This document shows positions 17,501 through 28,099 of a stretch of DNA of 64,000 nucleotides, piece by piece. Origin of the DNA: Armatimonadota bacterium (GTDB taxonomy: Bacteria > Armatimonadota > UBA5829 > DTLH01). The notes below the pieces were generated by a model. That model saw only the letters and a list, made by a program, of their open reading frames with translations, was not told the DNA's origin and made no database searches. The position numbers and the translations under genes are program-made. The stretch covers positions 64,001-128,000 of the forward strand of contig JBBRAE010000004.1 in NCBI GenBank assembly GCA_038207085.1, given 5' to 3'. Every line of letters begins with the position of its first letter. The stretch's first letter is position 1.

Positions 17501-19852
17501 TCACATCAGAACTGTGAGGGTCCAGTTTTCGGATATTGTCAGTCGTGGAAGTTTGACCCTGGCGCGGCGGGTATTCTCATCGAAAGCTGCCTCAAGCTCG
17601 CCGTCGAGATAGGAAACGCGGTTTGGAGCTTTATCAAGCACGATTTCGACTGTGTGGTCGCGCGTGTCGCCGAAGGCCTCGCCCCGGGTGCCTTTGCAGC
17701 GGACTTCGAGGGTGTCGCCGAGGTCGACAAGCTCGTAGCGTGTGGTGGCGAACTCGCCTCTGGTGTAACCCTGGGAGCGGCCGTCGTCTTCGTAGAGCGT
17801 CGTCCGTCCGTCGGCTCCTGGGAAGACCTCGAGTATCACCTCGGAGATATGACTTGCCGCGGGGGAGACGGCGTCGCTTTGGCGGGTGATGAGGCTTCCG
17901 GCGCGGACGTAGATGGGGATCTCGTCGAGCTGCGCGAACGTGTTGAACGTGCGCCCACCGGTGATCGACTCCCCAGTTCTGTAGTCGAACCACGCGCCTT
18001 CGGGCAGGTAGACGTCCCGGTCATACTTGGGCGTGAGCATCGGGGCGACGATCATCGAGTCGCCGAAGTAGAACTGGTCGAACCTGTAGCTCTCTGCGTC
18101 CTTTGGGTGATCGAAGAAGAGCCCGCGGGTGAGTGGGACGAACTCCTCGTACTGTCGACGGGCGTTTCTATATATATAGGGCATCAAGCTGTTTCGGAAA
18201 CTGAGCCACTTCTGGCAGTTTTTGTAGTTCTGCTCGCCGTAGTCCCAGGGCATGCGGCTCCCGGAGCCCGGCGAGCTGTGGAGGCGCAGCACGGGGTTGA
18301 ACGCGCCAAACTGCAGCCACCGCACGAAGAGTATCGGGTCGATTAGGGGTGTGCTGGGGTGGGCGAAGCCTCCGGTGTCGTGTGAGACGTAGGAGATACC
18401 GATGTGGCCCGCGCGGATGTTGAACTCGGCGAGCTTCTCGAGCACTTCCCACTGGCTCTGGGTGTCTCCGGTGAAGAATGTGCCGTAGCGGTGCGAACCG
18501 AACCCTCCGTAGCGGGACAGAAGCGCACCGCGGCGGTCATCGTGCTGCACGTTTTCAAAGAGCTGCTTGTTTAGTATGAGCTGGGAGTCGCTTCCGTTGA
18601 TCTTGCCGCGCGTGCCGTCCAGCCACCAGAAGTCCATGCCCTCTTTCACTTTTTCCGACAGGCAGATGTCTTCAAACACTTTGGCTTCGGCTTTGCTGCA
18701 GGGGTCGAGGTCGATCGAGTCTACGTCCTGCACATTTTCGTTCCAAGTTTTTACCCGGGACTCGCCGCCTGTCTCCGCAACGTAGGGGGCGAAGTGGGAG
18801 TCGTCGGCGACAATTCTCTCGGGGTGGACGTTTAGTGTGACCAAGAGCCCCCGATCATGGCACCACTTGAAGAACTCGGTGGGGTTGGGGTACATTTTCT
18901 CGTCCCAATCCCAGTGGCACCATCCCGCCTTGTGCCACTCCATGTCCACAACAAGCGTGGTGAGGGGCAGTCCCTCGCCAGCGAAGCGCTCGACGATCTC
19001 TTTGGCCTCCTTTTCGTCGTAGGCGGGCCAGCGGCAGAATATCAGGCCGAGCATGCTCTTTGGGGGCATCGGAGTGCGACCCGTGAGCTTGTGGAAGTTG
19101 CGCATGGCGGCTGTATAATCGTCGTTGTAGCAAAAGAAATAGTAGTCTTTGGCGCCGGGAGCGTTTCGTTCGATGGGGAAGTCTTCTTCGTCCATGACTG
19201 CTGAGATCGAGTCGTTTAGGAGGAAATACCCCGATCGGGAGAGCACCCCGACGCCGTACTCGCGCTGGTCGATGGTGTGGTTCACGGTGCGCGCCGGCAT
19301 CGCCTCAGGGATCAGCCTGACGCCTCTGTGCAGGCTCCCGATGCGGATCATCTGCTTCAGTTTGGCGTCGGCCCCGCTTCGTTTGTAGTAGGGGACGTCC
19401 TCCTCGCTGCAGAGTTGGGAGAGGTGGACGTTGGCCTTTGCGTCGGGCGCGGACTCGTCTGCGGTGTGGACGCCGTCGATGGTGGTGTAGCGCTCAAAGA
19501 TATCGAGAGATTTAACCGTGCCTCCGAGGTTCATGTGGTCGCGGTCGCCGGGCCTCCAGTAGTGCTCGAGTCCGTCGCGATTCCAGCGCACTTCGAGGTT
19601 CCCCTCGAAAAAGTCCTTGTCGTGCTCCCGTGAGATGATCGTGAGCATGCTCGTAGAAAGATAAACGCCGTCGGGCTTCTCTTCCACGGACTGAAAAGGA
19701 GTCGTCTCGCGCTCAGCGTAGGCGACGATGCTTCGCCTGTCTTGAAACTCGCCCGTAGGCGAAAACTCCATCCGAACCAGTCCCGGGGATATGCAAGTGA
19801 ACCTGCGGCGGCCAAGCGTGACCGTGTCCGCAGAAGAAATTGTGTTTGTCAT
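17501..19852 (-). CDS. Glycoside hydrolase family 31
   Basis: VVDMEWH, WWLD (nucleophile), FTGD (acid/base), RWLQFGAFNP, LYEDDG. Confidence 0.92.
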   Translation of the reverse strand: MTNTISSADTVTLGRRRFTCISPGLVRMEFSPTGEFQDRRSIVAYAERETTPFQSVEEKPDGVYLSTSMLTIISREHDKDFFEGNLEVRWNRDGLEHYWRPGDRDHMNLGGTVKSLDIFERYTTIDGVHTADESAPDAKANVHLSQLCSEEDVPYYKRSGADAKLKQMIRIGSLHRGVRLIPEAMPARTVNHTIDQREYGVGVLSRSGYFLLNDSISAVMDEEDFPIERNAPGAKDYYFFCYNDDYTAAMRNFHKLTGRTPMPPKSMLGLIFCRWPAYDEKEAKEIVERFAGEGLPLTTLVVDMEWHKAGWCHWDWDEKMYPNPTEFFKWCHDRGLLVTLNVHPERIVADDSHFAPYVAETGGESRVKTWNENVQDVDSIDLDPCSKAEAKVFEDICLSEKVKEGMDFWWLDGTRGKINGSDSQLILNKQLFENVQHDDRRGALLSRYGGFGSHRYGTFFTGDTQSQWEVLEKLAEFNIRAGHIGISYVSHDTGGFAHPSTPLIDPILFVRWLQFGAFNPVLRLHSSPGSGSRMPWDYGEQNYKNCQKWLSFRNSLMPYIYRNARRQYEEFVPLTRGLFFDHPKDAESYRFDQFYFGDSMIVAPMLTPKYDRDVYLPEGAWFDYRTGESITGGRTFNTFAQLDEIPIYVRAGSLITRQSDAVSPAASHISEVILEVFPGADGRTTLYEDDGRSQGYTRGEFATTRYELVDLGDTLEVRCKGTRGEAFGDTRDHTVEIVLDKAPNRVSYLDGELEAAFDENTRRARVKLPRLTISENWTLTVLM

Positions 19853-19935
19853 CTGAAAAGTTACCTCAAGTGCCTTGGTGTCATAGAATAACTTCGAGGC
19901 GGCGGGCGCGGTTTCCTTCGGTTGGGGGTTTTGGA

Positions 19936-20027
19936 TTGATCTATAGTTGAGAGATGGTGGTCGCTCTCATACATTTCACCCAAGCCAACCCCTCACCCTG
20001 AGGCTCTCGAACGGTGCGCTAGACAAA
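19936..20027. repeat. Family A, copy 2 (internally shortened)
   Basis: GAGATGGTGGTCGCTC..CACCCAAGCCAA..CACCCTGAGGCTCTCGAA.GGTGCGCTA. Confidence 0.8.
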
Positions 20028-20205
20028 TCTCTCAATATACTACAACAAATGTGAGCTGCAACCAATGCCGAACCACCATTGCAGAGTATGTTGATTAATT
20101 TAGTAAAGATTTATTGCTCGAATGTCTGTTAAGCTCTAGCGAAACGGAACGGTTTCTGGTATCATAAAGGGGTCTTTTGGAACCATAATGAAGGGTGCTG
20201 AGATA

Positions 20206-21096
20206 ATGAGTGAACTAGAGAAGTCAACCTGGAGAACTAAAGTCGGCCTTGCTGAGATGCTGAAGGGCGGCGTTATCATGGACGTCACCAACGCTGAGCA
20301 AGCCAAGATTGCTGAGGATGCCGGCGCGGTGGCCGTTATGGCGCTTGAGAGGGTCCCGTCCGATATCCGCAAAGATGGCGGTGTGGCCAGGATGGCTGAT
20401 CCCAATGTCATACTTGAGATTATGTCCGTCGTCACCATACCCGTGATGGCAAAGGCCAGAATCGGTCACTTTGTAGAGGCGCAGATACTTGAGAGCCTCG
20501 GCGTCGACTACATAGACGAGTCCGAGGTGCTTACCCCGGCAGACGAGATGTATCACATCGACAAGCACAAGTTCAGCGTGCCGTTTGTCTGCGGATGCCG
20601 CGATCTTGGCGAGGCGCTTCGGCGAATCGGCGAAGGCGCTGCGATGATCCGCACCAAGGGTGAGGCGGGCTCAGGCAATATCGTCGAGGCGGTTCGTCAC
20701 ATGAGAAGCGTCATAAGCGAGATGCGGCGCATTCAGGGGATGGCCAAAGAAGAACTGATGGCTACGGCCAAGAACCTCGGTGCGCCATACGAGCTGGTCC
20801 TTGAGATTCATGAGACTGGCAAGCTCCCCGTGCCGAACTTCTCGGCAGGTGGCGTTGCGACCCCGGCTGACGCTGCGCTTATGATGCAGCTTGGCGCTGA
20901 AGCGGTGTTTGTCGGCTCCGGAATCTTCAAGAGCGAAGACCCGGCCCAGCGCGCAAAAGCGATCGTTGATGCGACTACGCACTTCGACAAACCCGACATG
21001 CTCGCGGAGCTCTCCAAGGGGCTTGGAAGCGCGATGCCCGGGCTGGATATCCGCCAGATGGACGAAAAGGAGCTTATGTCGGTTCGTGGCTGGTAA
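20206..21096 (+). CDS. pdxS: Pyridoxal 5'-phosphate synthase lyase subunit
   Basis: [41 protein letters not shown]. Confidence 0.98.
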   Translation: MSELEKSTWRTKVGLAEMLKGGVIMDVTNAEQAKIAEDAGAVAVMALERVPSDIRKDGGVARMADPNVILEIMSVVTIPVMAKARIGHFVEAQILESLGVDYIDESEVLTPADEMYHIDKHKFSVPFVCGCRDLGEALRRIGEGAAMIRTKGEAGSGNIVEAVRHMRSVISEMRRIQGMAKEELMATAKNLGAPYELVLEIHETGKLPVPNFSAGGVATPADAALMMQLGAEAVFVGSGIFKSEDPAQRAKAIVDATTHFDKPDMLAELSKGLGSAMPGLDIRQMDEKELMSVRGW

Positions 21097-21688
21097 GGAT
21101 AGACCAATCAAAATAGGTGTTCTGGCGCTCCAGGGAGATTTCGCAAAGCATATCGAAACCCTGGAGCGTCTGGGTGTACAGGCGGTCCCGATCAGGCTTC
21201 CCGCCGAGCTGTCGCGCGTCGACGGGCTTGTTATACCCGGCGGGGAGAGCACGACCGTCGGGAAACTTATGTCGCGCTTCGGTGTGGACGAGGTGATAGT
21301 GCGTCGAGTCGAAGAGGGGATGCCCGTCTTTGGCACCTGCACGGGGATGATACTCCTCGCAAGTGGGATCGAGGGAAGCGACCAGCCCAGGCTTGGGCTT
21401 ATGAATATCACCGTGCGCCGCAACGCGTTTGGCCGCCAGGTCGACAGCTTTGAGGCCGATCTCGATGTCTCCGAGATCGGCGGCGACCCGGTGCGGGCGG
21501 TGTTTATCCGCGCGCCGCTTGTGACCGAGATGAAAAACGGCGCAAGAGCGCTTGCGCAGCTTGAGGACGGCGGGGTGGTGTTTGTCCGTGAAAACAACCG
21601 TCTTGCCGCCGCGTTTCACCCCGAACTGACCGATGACACGCGGGTTCACCAGTATTTTATTGATATGGTGAAAGAATCTTTGTCGTAG
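21086..21688 (+). CDS. pdxT: Pyridoxal 5'-phosphate synthase glutaminase subunit
   Basis: [41 protein letters not shown] start is a best estimate. Confidence 0.95.
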   Translation: MAGKDRPIKIGVLALQGDFAKHIETLERLGVQAVPIRLPAELSRVDGLVIPGGESTTVGKLMSRFGVDEVIVRRVEEGMPVFGTCTGMILLASGIEGSDQPRLGLMNITVRRNAFGRQVDSFEADLDVSEIGGDPVRAVFIRAPLVTEMKNGARALAQLEDGGVVFVRENNRLAAAFHPELTDDTRVHQYFIDMVKESLS

Positions 21689-21777
21689 ACCTGTAAATAT
21701 TACCTGTAAAGGCCCGATAATCTGTTCAGGAGCAGAAAACTCTGTGTTGAGTTTTCTCAAATGCAGCCAAACGACCC

Positions 21778-21806
21778 TTGACAGTGCAGGGCTCGCATGC
21801 TATATT
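21778..21806 (+). promoter_or_regulatory. Sigma70-type promoter
   Basis: TTGACA-17nt-TATATT with extended TG. Confidence 0.7.
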
Positions 21807-21980
21807 GAAGTTGCGTAGATTAACTGTTTTTTTTAGCATCGAGCAAGTTTTTACTTGGCCCGTGCGTGTGACTCAAACTTTGAGCGGGTATATACCAGCG
21901 TAAGCGAGGAGTCGCCGGCGATAGGGGACGCCGACAGCGGGTTCAGGAAGCCCTGCATAGGGCTGCAGGAAGGGAGAACC

Positions 21981-22715
21981 GTGAAAACCTCTAAGGGTTT
22001 CACACTTGCAGAACTGTTGGTGGTGGTGGCGATTATTGCCATCTTGGCAGCAATCCTGTTTCCTGTAATTCGGCAGGCACAGGACACTGCAAGGATGCGC
22101 GTGTGCGCCTCCAACCTAAAGCAACTTGGGCTTGCCTTCAGGATGTACCTGGACGACAACAACGGGTTTGCTACGCCTGATACTCCCTACGACAGCGATA
22201 ACCACGCTCTTCGCCCCGAACCGCTAAGGCGCTACCTGCAGGAAAGGCCTGTTTCAAGCTCTGAGAAACATCCCAAGCGTTTGTGGATATGCCCCGGAGA
22301 CAATGGGTTCGTCAATGAGCCACCAAGGTGGAAGTACAAAGATCAGTTGGCATCAAGCTACTACTACTGCTACGGAGCCTACCTCGCGAACAGCGGATGG
22401 CGTAACAGAGACGTCGTAGATCACACTACAGCGGAGTACACGCCAAGAAGACCCGACCAGTGGGCAAGGCCAAGCCGTGACCTGCTCATGGCTGACTATG
22501 GTGCGAACTTCCATCTGGGGTGGAAGAATAACGATGCCGATAGCGGGCTCTCCTACTCGGTCAAGTGCATCAACATGCTGATGCTCGACGGCCACGTGGT
22601 AGTGGGAACCTCCTGGGAAAGGCACGATGCGAACAACTATTACGCTTGCGTAGCTGACAACCCATACTCATCTAACTACGCTCCGGGCCTCGTTCGTAAA
22701 CATGTGGCGAATTAG
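21981..22715 (+). CDS. Prepilin-type N-terminal cleavage/methylation protein (DUF1559-like, H-X9-DG type)
   Basis: [42 protein letters not shown]. Confidence 0.9.
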   Translation: MKTSKGFTLAELLVVVAIIAILAAILFPVIRQAQDTARMRVCASNLKQLGLAFRMYLDDNNGFATPDTPYDSDNHALRPEPLRRYLQERPVSSSEKHPKRLWICPGDNGFVNEPPRWKYKDQLASSYYYCYGAYLANSGWRNRDVVDHTTAEYTPRRPDQWARPSRDLLMADYGANFHLGWKNNDADSGLSYSVKCINMLMLDGHVVVGTSWERHDANNYYACVADNPYSSNYAPGLVRKHVAN

Positions 22716-22745
22716 CAGGTTCGATCTCATATTTGTATTGAATGT

Positions 22746-22778
22746 AAAAGGGCTCTCGCACAATTGCGAGAGCCCTTT
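22746..22778. terminator. Bidirectional intrinsic terminator
   Basis: AAAAGGGCTCTCGCA-caat-TGCGAGAGCCCTTT between convergent genes. Confidence 0.8.
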
Positions 22779-22822
22779 GTTGATTTTACGGCTAGTGTTG
22801 GATTAACCTGAATTTTGTGTTT

Positions 22823-22863
22823 TTAGCGAGAGCTTTATTCGCTTCACGAATAAAGCGGGCTAG
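22823..22863. repeat. Family C, single module
   Basis: TTAGCGAGAGCTTTATTCGCTTCACGAATAAAGCGGGCTAG; the terminal CTAG includes the stop codon of the adjacent gene. Confidence 0.88.
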
Positions 22864-23408
22864 CTGTTTAGTGTCGGGAAACCCTTGCTGCCGGAGCGCT
22901 GCCTTTGACACGCGGGGCAGAGCGCGGCCCCGAAGGTCTTTACGCTGTAGTCGTACTGCCCCTTGGTCATCTCCCTGCCGCAGCCTTCGCTTGAACAGAA
23001 GAGTTTTCCCGACTGGCCGGACTTGGAACCTGCCTCGGCGCGTGCTGGGACGCCCATCGGCTGCGGGGTGTCTACGATCCGCTCGCCTTCCTCAAGTTCG
23101 GGGGCGAACTGGGTGCCGTAGCCGCAGACCGCGAGCGCTCGACCGATTGCTCCGGTTTCGGCTTTCTCGGCAAAGTCAGGGAAACCGCGCGCGGTTTCCA
23201 TCTTGGTGCCGGTGCCTACGGGTTTGCCTTCAGTGTTTAAGACCGTCGCCTTAAAGACCGCGTAGCCCCGCTCGATGTCTATCATCGCAGGTTCGGTCAC
23301 GATCGCCCAGTCCGGGTGCTCCTCACGGAACCACACCAGCCGCTGCGCGACCGGAAGATACTCCCTGCCGCCCTGGATTTTTATCAGTGCTTTCTTTACG
23401 TCAAACAT
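22860..23408 (-). CDS. Putative Rad52/Sak-like single-strand annealing protein with a C-terminal Zn ribbon
   Basis: YLPVAQRLVWFREEHP...EKAETGAIGRALA..GYG; C-x4-C...CPAC; GAGGT RBS. The gene is well supported; the function is inferred. Confidence 0.6.
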   Translation of the reverse strand: MFDVKKALIKIQGGREYLPVAQRLVWFREEHPDWAIVTEPAMIDIERGYAVFKATVLNTEGKPVGTGTKMETARGFPDFAEKAETGAIGRALAVCGYGTQFAPELEEGERIVDTPQPMGVPARAEAGSKSGQSGKLFCSSEGCGREMTKGQYDYSVKTFGAALCPACQRQRSGSKGFPTLNS

Positions 23409-23484
23409 TTTGATACCTCTGGGATTAGGGAATCCCCTTTGAGCTTCGGGGAGGCGATTCGTAGATCATCTCCCATCAGAGTTA

Positions 23485-24513
23485 TTATGCCGCCGCCTGC
23501 ATGTCCTCGGTTACTTCGGACTCAAGGACCGCCGTCGGCGCTGCCTGTTCTCTGAGCTTTTGCTCGAGTTCGTCAAGGAGCGCGGGGTTCTCTTGAAGGA
23601 AGAGTTTCGCGTTTTCTCTGCCCTGTGCGAGCCTCTGCTCGCCGTAGTTAAACCACGTGCCCGACTTTTCGACAAGCCCTGCATCAACCGCCATATCGAG
23701 AATCGCGCCGGATTTGGATATGCCCCGGCCGAACATAATGTCGAACTCAGCCTGCCTAAACGGCGGGGCGACCTTGTTCTTCACGACCTTGGCGCGGGTT
23801 CGGTTGCCGACAATATCGGTCCCGGACTTAAGGCTGTCGACCCGGCGCACCTCAAGGCGCACGCTCGCCCAGAACTTGAGCGCCCGGCCTCCGGGGGTAG
23901 TCTCCGGGTTGCCGAACATCACGCCGATCTTTTCTCGTATCTGGTTGATGAAGACGACCGCCGTATTGGAGTGCGACGCTCCGGCGGCGAGCTTCCTCAG
24001 CGCCTGGCTCATCAGCCGTGCCTGCAAACCCACGTGGGTGTCGCCCATATCCCCTTCCATCTCGGCTTTGGGGACGAGCGCCGCGACCGAGTCGATGACG
24101 ATGATGTCGATCGCCCCGCTTCGCACCAGCCCGTCGACGATCTCAAGCGCCTCTTCACCGGACCCCGGCTGGGAGACGAGCAGCTCATCGATGTTGACGC
24201 CGAGGTTGCGGGCGTAGTCGGGATCTACCGCGTGCTCCGCGTCGATGAACGCCGCTACCCCGCCCGCTTTCTGTGCTTCAGCGATCAGGTGCAGGCCGAG
24301 GGTCGTCTTGCCTGAGGCCTCCGGGCCGTAGATCTCGGTCATCCTGCCGCGGGGCACCCCTCCGACGCCAAGCGCAATATCCAGTGGAAGCGCGCCGGTG
24401 CGGATGACATCCACAGCAGTTATGGTGGATTCACCAAGCTTCATGATGGAGCCTTTTCCAAACTGCTTTTCGATCTGCAAGAGTGCCAGATCAAGAGCTT
24501 TTTGTTTATCCAT
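23485..24513 (-). CDS. recA: Recombinase RecA
   Basis: [43 protein letters not shown]. Confidence 0.99.
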   Translation of the reverse strand: MDKQKALDLALLQIEKQFGKGSIMKLGESTITAVDVIRTGALPLDIALGVGGVPRGRMTEIYGPEASGKTTLGLHLIAEAQKAGGVAAFIDAEHAVDPDYARNLGVNIDELLVSQPGSGEEALEIVDGLVRSGAIDIIVIDSVAALVPKAEMEGDMGDTHVGLQARLMSQALRKLAAGASHSNTAVVFINQIREKIGVMFGNPETTPGGRALKFWASVRLEVRRVDSLKSGTDIVGNRTRAKVVKNKVAPPFRQAEFDIMFGRGISKSGAILDMAVDAGLVEKSGTWFNYGEQRLAQGRENAKLFLQENPALLDELEQKLREQAAPTAVLESEVTEDMQAAA

Positions 24514-24688
24514 ATAACCTCCGGCGGGCACATAAGTTCGGTGCGCCGCCACTGTTTTGTGCGACTCTTCACAGATATCTGGCGCCGGACATCGGGTATT
24601 TCGAGTCGGATAATGGGGACTGAGCACTCCGATTTCAGGCGCGGATGTCGGCGTTAAATTGTCGCTATAATGTTGTTTTTACGTCTTT

Positions 24689-24717
24689 ATTATAGCACAA
24701 ACGTTCGATTTAGGCAA
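24689..24717 (-). promoter_or_regulatory. recA promoter with a LexA-like box in the spacer
   Basis: TTGCCT-17nt-TATAAT; CGAAC-GTTT-GTGCT at 24694-24707 resembles GAAC-N4-GTTC. Confidence 0.7.
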
Positions 24718-24834
24718 CTGTGTGAACTGCATAGATCGCCGTTAAAAACTTAGCATAATTACCTGAGGGATTGGGCGCATTGTTCCGAATATGAAAGGTA
24801 CAGTGTGGTGTAAGCAGGAAAGCGCGTGACACAC

Positions 24835-24886
24835 CGATGGCGCTAAATGCGCCGTCTCATAAGGCTGGCGCGGGTAGCGCCACCGG
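24835..24886 (+). repeat. Family E, diverged copy
   Basis: GATGGCGC/GCGCCGTC-TCATAAGGC-TGGCGC/GCGCCA-CCGG. Confidence 0.7.
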
Positions 24887-25015
24887 GGTCAGGTCACGGG
24901 CGAATACGAATACCTGCATCATACACTGCTACCTCAGTGGGGCGCCGGTCATTACCCCATTGCAGCAGGAAGCTGCGGGCCGCAGTGTGGCGGTTCGAGG
25001 GTTGGGGGTGTTTGT

Positions 25016-27928
25016 ATGGGCGAAGTCGATCGTAGGCGGCAGAGCTACCAGTCGGGGACAACTGTGTCACAGAAGACACTGTTGGGTGATATTGGGGAAC
25101 GGCGTCTCCTCACGGAGCAGATCGTTGTTCTTCAGTCCCTGCTTGACGCTATTCCCGCGCCAGTTTTCTTCAAGGACAAAAGCCTCAGTTACGTCGGATG
25201 CAACCAGGCCTTGTTGGAGTTTGTTGGCAAGGGCCGGAGCGAGCTTGTGGGCAGGAGCGTCGGCGACCTCGTAGATGAGAGCCGAGCTGAGCAGTTGCGC
25301 CGCGCCGATGCGGTGATTCTTTCAGGCGGCGAACCCCAGATATGTGACAGCGTCTTTACCCGTGCCGACGGGTGTGATCGCACCATAAGAATCTACAAGG
25401 CGGCGTTTCGTGATGCTTCCGGCGAAATCTCCGGGATAATCGGTGTTATGACCGACTTGACGGAGCTAAAGAACGTCGATGCCAGGCTAGACGAGGCGCG
25501 CCAGTTTATGGATACGGTCATATCAAGCGCTGGCGCTGGAGTGGTCGTATACGACAGAGAGCTTCGCCACCTTCTCTGGAACAGCTTCATGGAGAAGCTC
25601 ACGGGCCTCAGCCCCGATCAGGTGCTCGGGCGACACGCGCCAGACCTGTTTCCTCATCTCAGAAGCCCCGAAATTGTCGCGATCTTCAATCAGGTGCTAG
25701 CAGGTGAGACCATCACTGTGGAGGACGTGTCTTACTCTGTTCCTCAGACCGGTTTTTCCGGCTGGGTCTCATCGCAGTATACGCCTCACAAGGATGCAAA
25801 AGGTGAGATTATCGGCGTGATAGGCCTTGTGCGCGATGTCACCGAGCGCAAGCTCGCTGAGGAGTCGCTTCGGGAAAACGAGCGGAAATACCGCACACTT
25901 TTTGAAAACTCACCCGAAGGCCTCGTGATGATGACCGATGTGTTCCTGGACTGCAACGACGTGCTGTGCAAAATGTTCGGATGCAGCAGGGAGGACATAA
26001 TCGGCCACTCTCCAATCGACTTTTCACCAGAACGCCAACCCGATGGGCGCGCTTCGTCTGAGGCGTCGGCCAAGCATGTTGCGGCGGCTCTTTGCGGCAC
26101 GCCTCAGTTCTTCTCGTGGCAGCACAACAGGCGTGATGGGGTGACGATCGACGTTGAGATATCGCTAAACGCAGTCGATATCAAGGGCAGGCGCATTCTG
26201 CAGGCGATAATCAGGGACGTGACCGACCGCAAACGCGCCGAGTCCGAAGTCCGCGAGACGACCGCGCTTCTGCGAGGCGTCTTTGACGGCATTACCGACC
26301 CCATTTTGCTCCTGAAGCCCGACCTTGAGATCGTCAGGCTGAACCAGGCTGCGGAAAAGATGCTCGGAGCACCCTCGGAGCGGGCCATCGGGAAGAAGTG
26401 TTTTCATGTCAAAGGCAAGGAGTCTCCCTGCACCGGCTGCTCTGTTCGCACGTCAATTGGGACCGCTGCGCGCGCAAGCGCCGAGATATACGACGCGGAG
26501 TCCGACTCCTGGCTTGAGACCAACTCCTATCCTATCACGGACGAAGCAGGCCAGCTTGTGATGATCGTCGAGCACGTGCGGGACATCAGCGAAAAGAAGT
26601 CGCACCAGGCGCAGCTTCATCAGATGGCCCACTATGACCCGCTGAGCGGGCTTCCCAACAGGTTTCTCTTCAGTGAAAGGCTGCGCAACGGGCTTACCGA
26701 AGCGCGCAACCGTGGAGGTCGGCTTGCGGTACTGTTCCTTGATGTCGACGGGTTCAAGCTCGTAAACGACAGCCTTGGGCACAACGCCGGTGATGTGTTG
26801 ATCAAGCAGATCGCGACGCGGCTGCGGGCGACGATGCGTGAAGCTGATGTGGTTGCGAGGATGGGCGGTGACGAGTTCACCGTGATGCTCCCCTGCATCA
26901 GGAACAACCCGGATGCGGCCAAGGTGGCAAGAAAGATTCTCTCAGCGCTTTCCGAGCCGTTCACAGTGGGCGGCGTGGAGCACTTTATAAGCGCAAGCAT
27001 CGGGATAAGCGTGTATCCCGGCGACGGTGAGGACGCCGAAAGTCTCGTCAAGAACGCCGACACCGCGATGTATGGCGCAAAGGAACGCGGGCGCAACACC
27101 TATCACCTTTATACCGAGGAGATGAACATCGCCGCAGTCGAACGGATGACGCTCGGCAACAGCTTGCGCCACGCGCTTGAGCGGGAGGAGTTTGTGCTTC
27201 ACTATCAGCCCAGAGTAGACCTGCTCTCGGGAGACACGCTTGGGTCTGAGGCGCTCTTGCGCTGGCGGCGTCCGGGGATCGGGCTAGTATATCCCGACAA
27301 GTTCATCCCGACCGCTGAGGAAACCGGCTTGATATCAAGCATGGGCGAGTGGGTGCTTCGCGAGGCCTGCGCGCAGAATATGGAGTGGCAGCGTCAGGGG
27401 ATGCGCCACATTCAGGTCGCCGTCAATATCTCCGCGCGCCAGTTTCAGCGCCGCAACCTGCCATCGCTTGTCCGGCGGGTGCTCGGCGAAACGGGGCTTG
27501 AGTCGCGCTGGCTTGATCTTGAGCTCACCGAAAGCATCTTGATGCAGGACCCGGAGCTTACAGCGGCGCAGCTGTCGCGGCTGAAGAACATGGGCGTGTC
27601 GCTCTCGATCGACGACTTTGGGACGGGGTATTCGTCGCTTAGTTACCTGCAGAAGTTCCCCGTGGACGCGGTCAAGATCGACAAGTCGTTTATCAGAGAC
27701 ATTACGACGAACCCCGAAAGCGCCGCGATAACCAAGGCGATCGTCGCTATGGCCGACAGCCTCCATCTCCGAGTGATCGCCGAGGGCGTCGAGACGCTTG
27801 CGCAGGTTGACACGCTAAAGGAGCTCGGCTGCAGGGAGATTCAAGGGTATTTCATCAGCCGCCCGGTGCCGCAGGCGGAGTTCTCGCAGATACTTCGCGG
27901 CTCAAACGACTGGCTTCGGGCAGCTTAA
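25016..27928 (+). CDS. Multi-PAS diguanylate cyclase/phosphodiesterase (GGDEF-EAL)
   Basis: Four PAS/PAC repeats; ARMGGDEF; EALLRW; DDFGTGYSSL. Confidence 0.96.
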   Translation: MGEVDRRRQSYQSGTTVSQKTLLGDIGERRLLTEQIVVLQSLLDAIPAPVFFKDKSLSYVGCNQALLEFVGKGRSELVGRSVGDLVDESRAEQLRRADAVILSGGEPQICDSVFTRADGCDRTIRIYKAAFRDASGEISGIIGVMTDLTELKNVDARLDEARQFMDTVISSAGAGVVVYDRELRHLLWNSFMEKLTGLSPDQVLGRHAPDLFPHLRSPEIVAIFNQVLAGETITVEDVSYSVPQTGFSGWVSSQYTPHKDAKGEIIGVIGLVRDVTERKLAEESLRENERKYRTLFENSPEGLVMMTDVFLDCNDVLCKMFGCSREDIIGHSPIDFSPERQPDGRASSEASAKHVAAALCGTPQFFSWQHNRRDGVTIDVEISLNAVDIKGRRILQAIIRDVTDRKRAESEVRETTALLRGVFDGITDPILLLKPDLEIVRLNQAAEKMLGAPSERAIGKKCFHVKGKESPCTGCSVRTSIGTAARASAEIYDAESDSWLETNSYPITDEAGQLVMIVEHVRDISEKKSHQAQLHQMAHYDPLSGLPNRFLFSERLRNGLTEARNRGGRLAVLFLDVDGFKLVNDSLGHNAGDVLIKQIATRLRATMREADVVARMGGDEFTVMLPCIRNNPDAAKVARKILSALSEPFTVGGVEHFISASIGISVYPGDGEDAESLVKNADTAMYGAKERGRNTYHLYTEEMNIAAVERMTLGNSLRHALEREEFVLHYQPRVDLLSGDTLGSEALLRWRRPGIGLVYPDKFIPTAEETGLISSMGEWVLREACAQNMEWQRQGMRHIQVAVNISARQFQRRNLPSLVRRVLGETGLESRWLDLELTESILMQDPELTAAQLSRLKNMGVSLSIDDFGTGYSSLSYLQKFPVDAVKIDKSFIRDITTNPESAAITKAIVAMADSLHLRVIAEGVETLAQVDTLKELGCREIQGYFISRPVPQAEFSQILRGSNDWLRAA

Positions 27929-28063
27929 AGGCTTCGACTCACACGGGTCGAGGGTAGGGAACGGGAGGCGGCCGCCCCGGTGTACCGTGGCACGGGGAGC
28001 TTCCATTGTGGAAAACTCGTGGATTCCTGGGTAAACTTCCCCGTATGCTGTAGAGCTTGCTGA

Positions 28064-28092
28064 TTGCCGCAGGGGCGCTTGTGCGATATAAT
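28064..28092 (+). promoter_or_regulatory. Promoter implying a leaderless smc mRNA
   Basis: TTGCCG-17nt-TATAAT, 7 nt before GTG 28100; no Shine-Dalgarno. Confidence 0.6.
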
Positions 28093-28099
28093 CTATATT

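Noticed and set aside
17345..18346. Long ORFs overlapping real genes on the opposite strand (also 20671-21597, 23560-24315, 29843-30793, 39396-40340, 48815-49594)
   Set aside because: Antisense shadows of well-supported genes in GC-rich DNA, with no recognisable motifs
21850..21975. Riboswitch in the long leader of the first prepilin-like gene
   Set aside because: Only short hairpins, with no recognisable aptamer consensus or terminator
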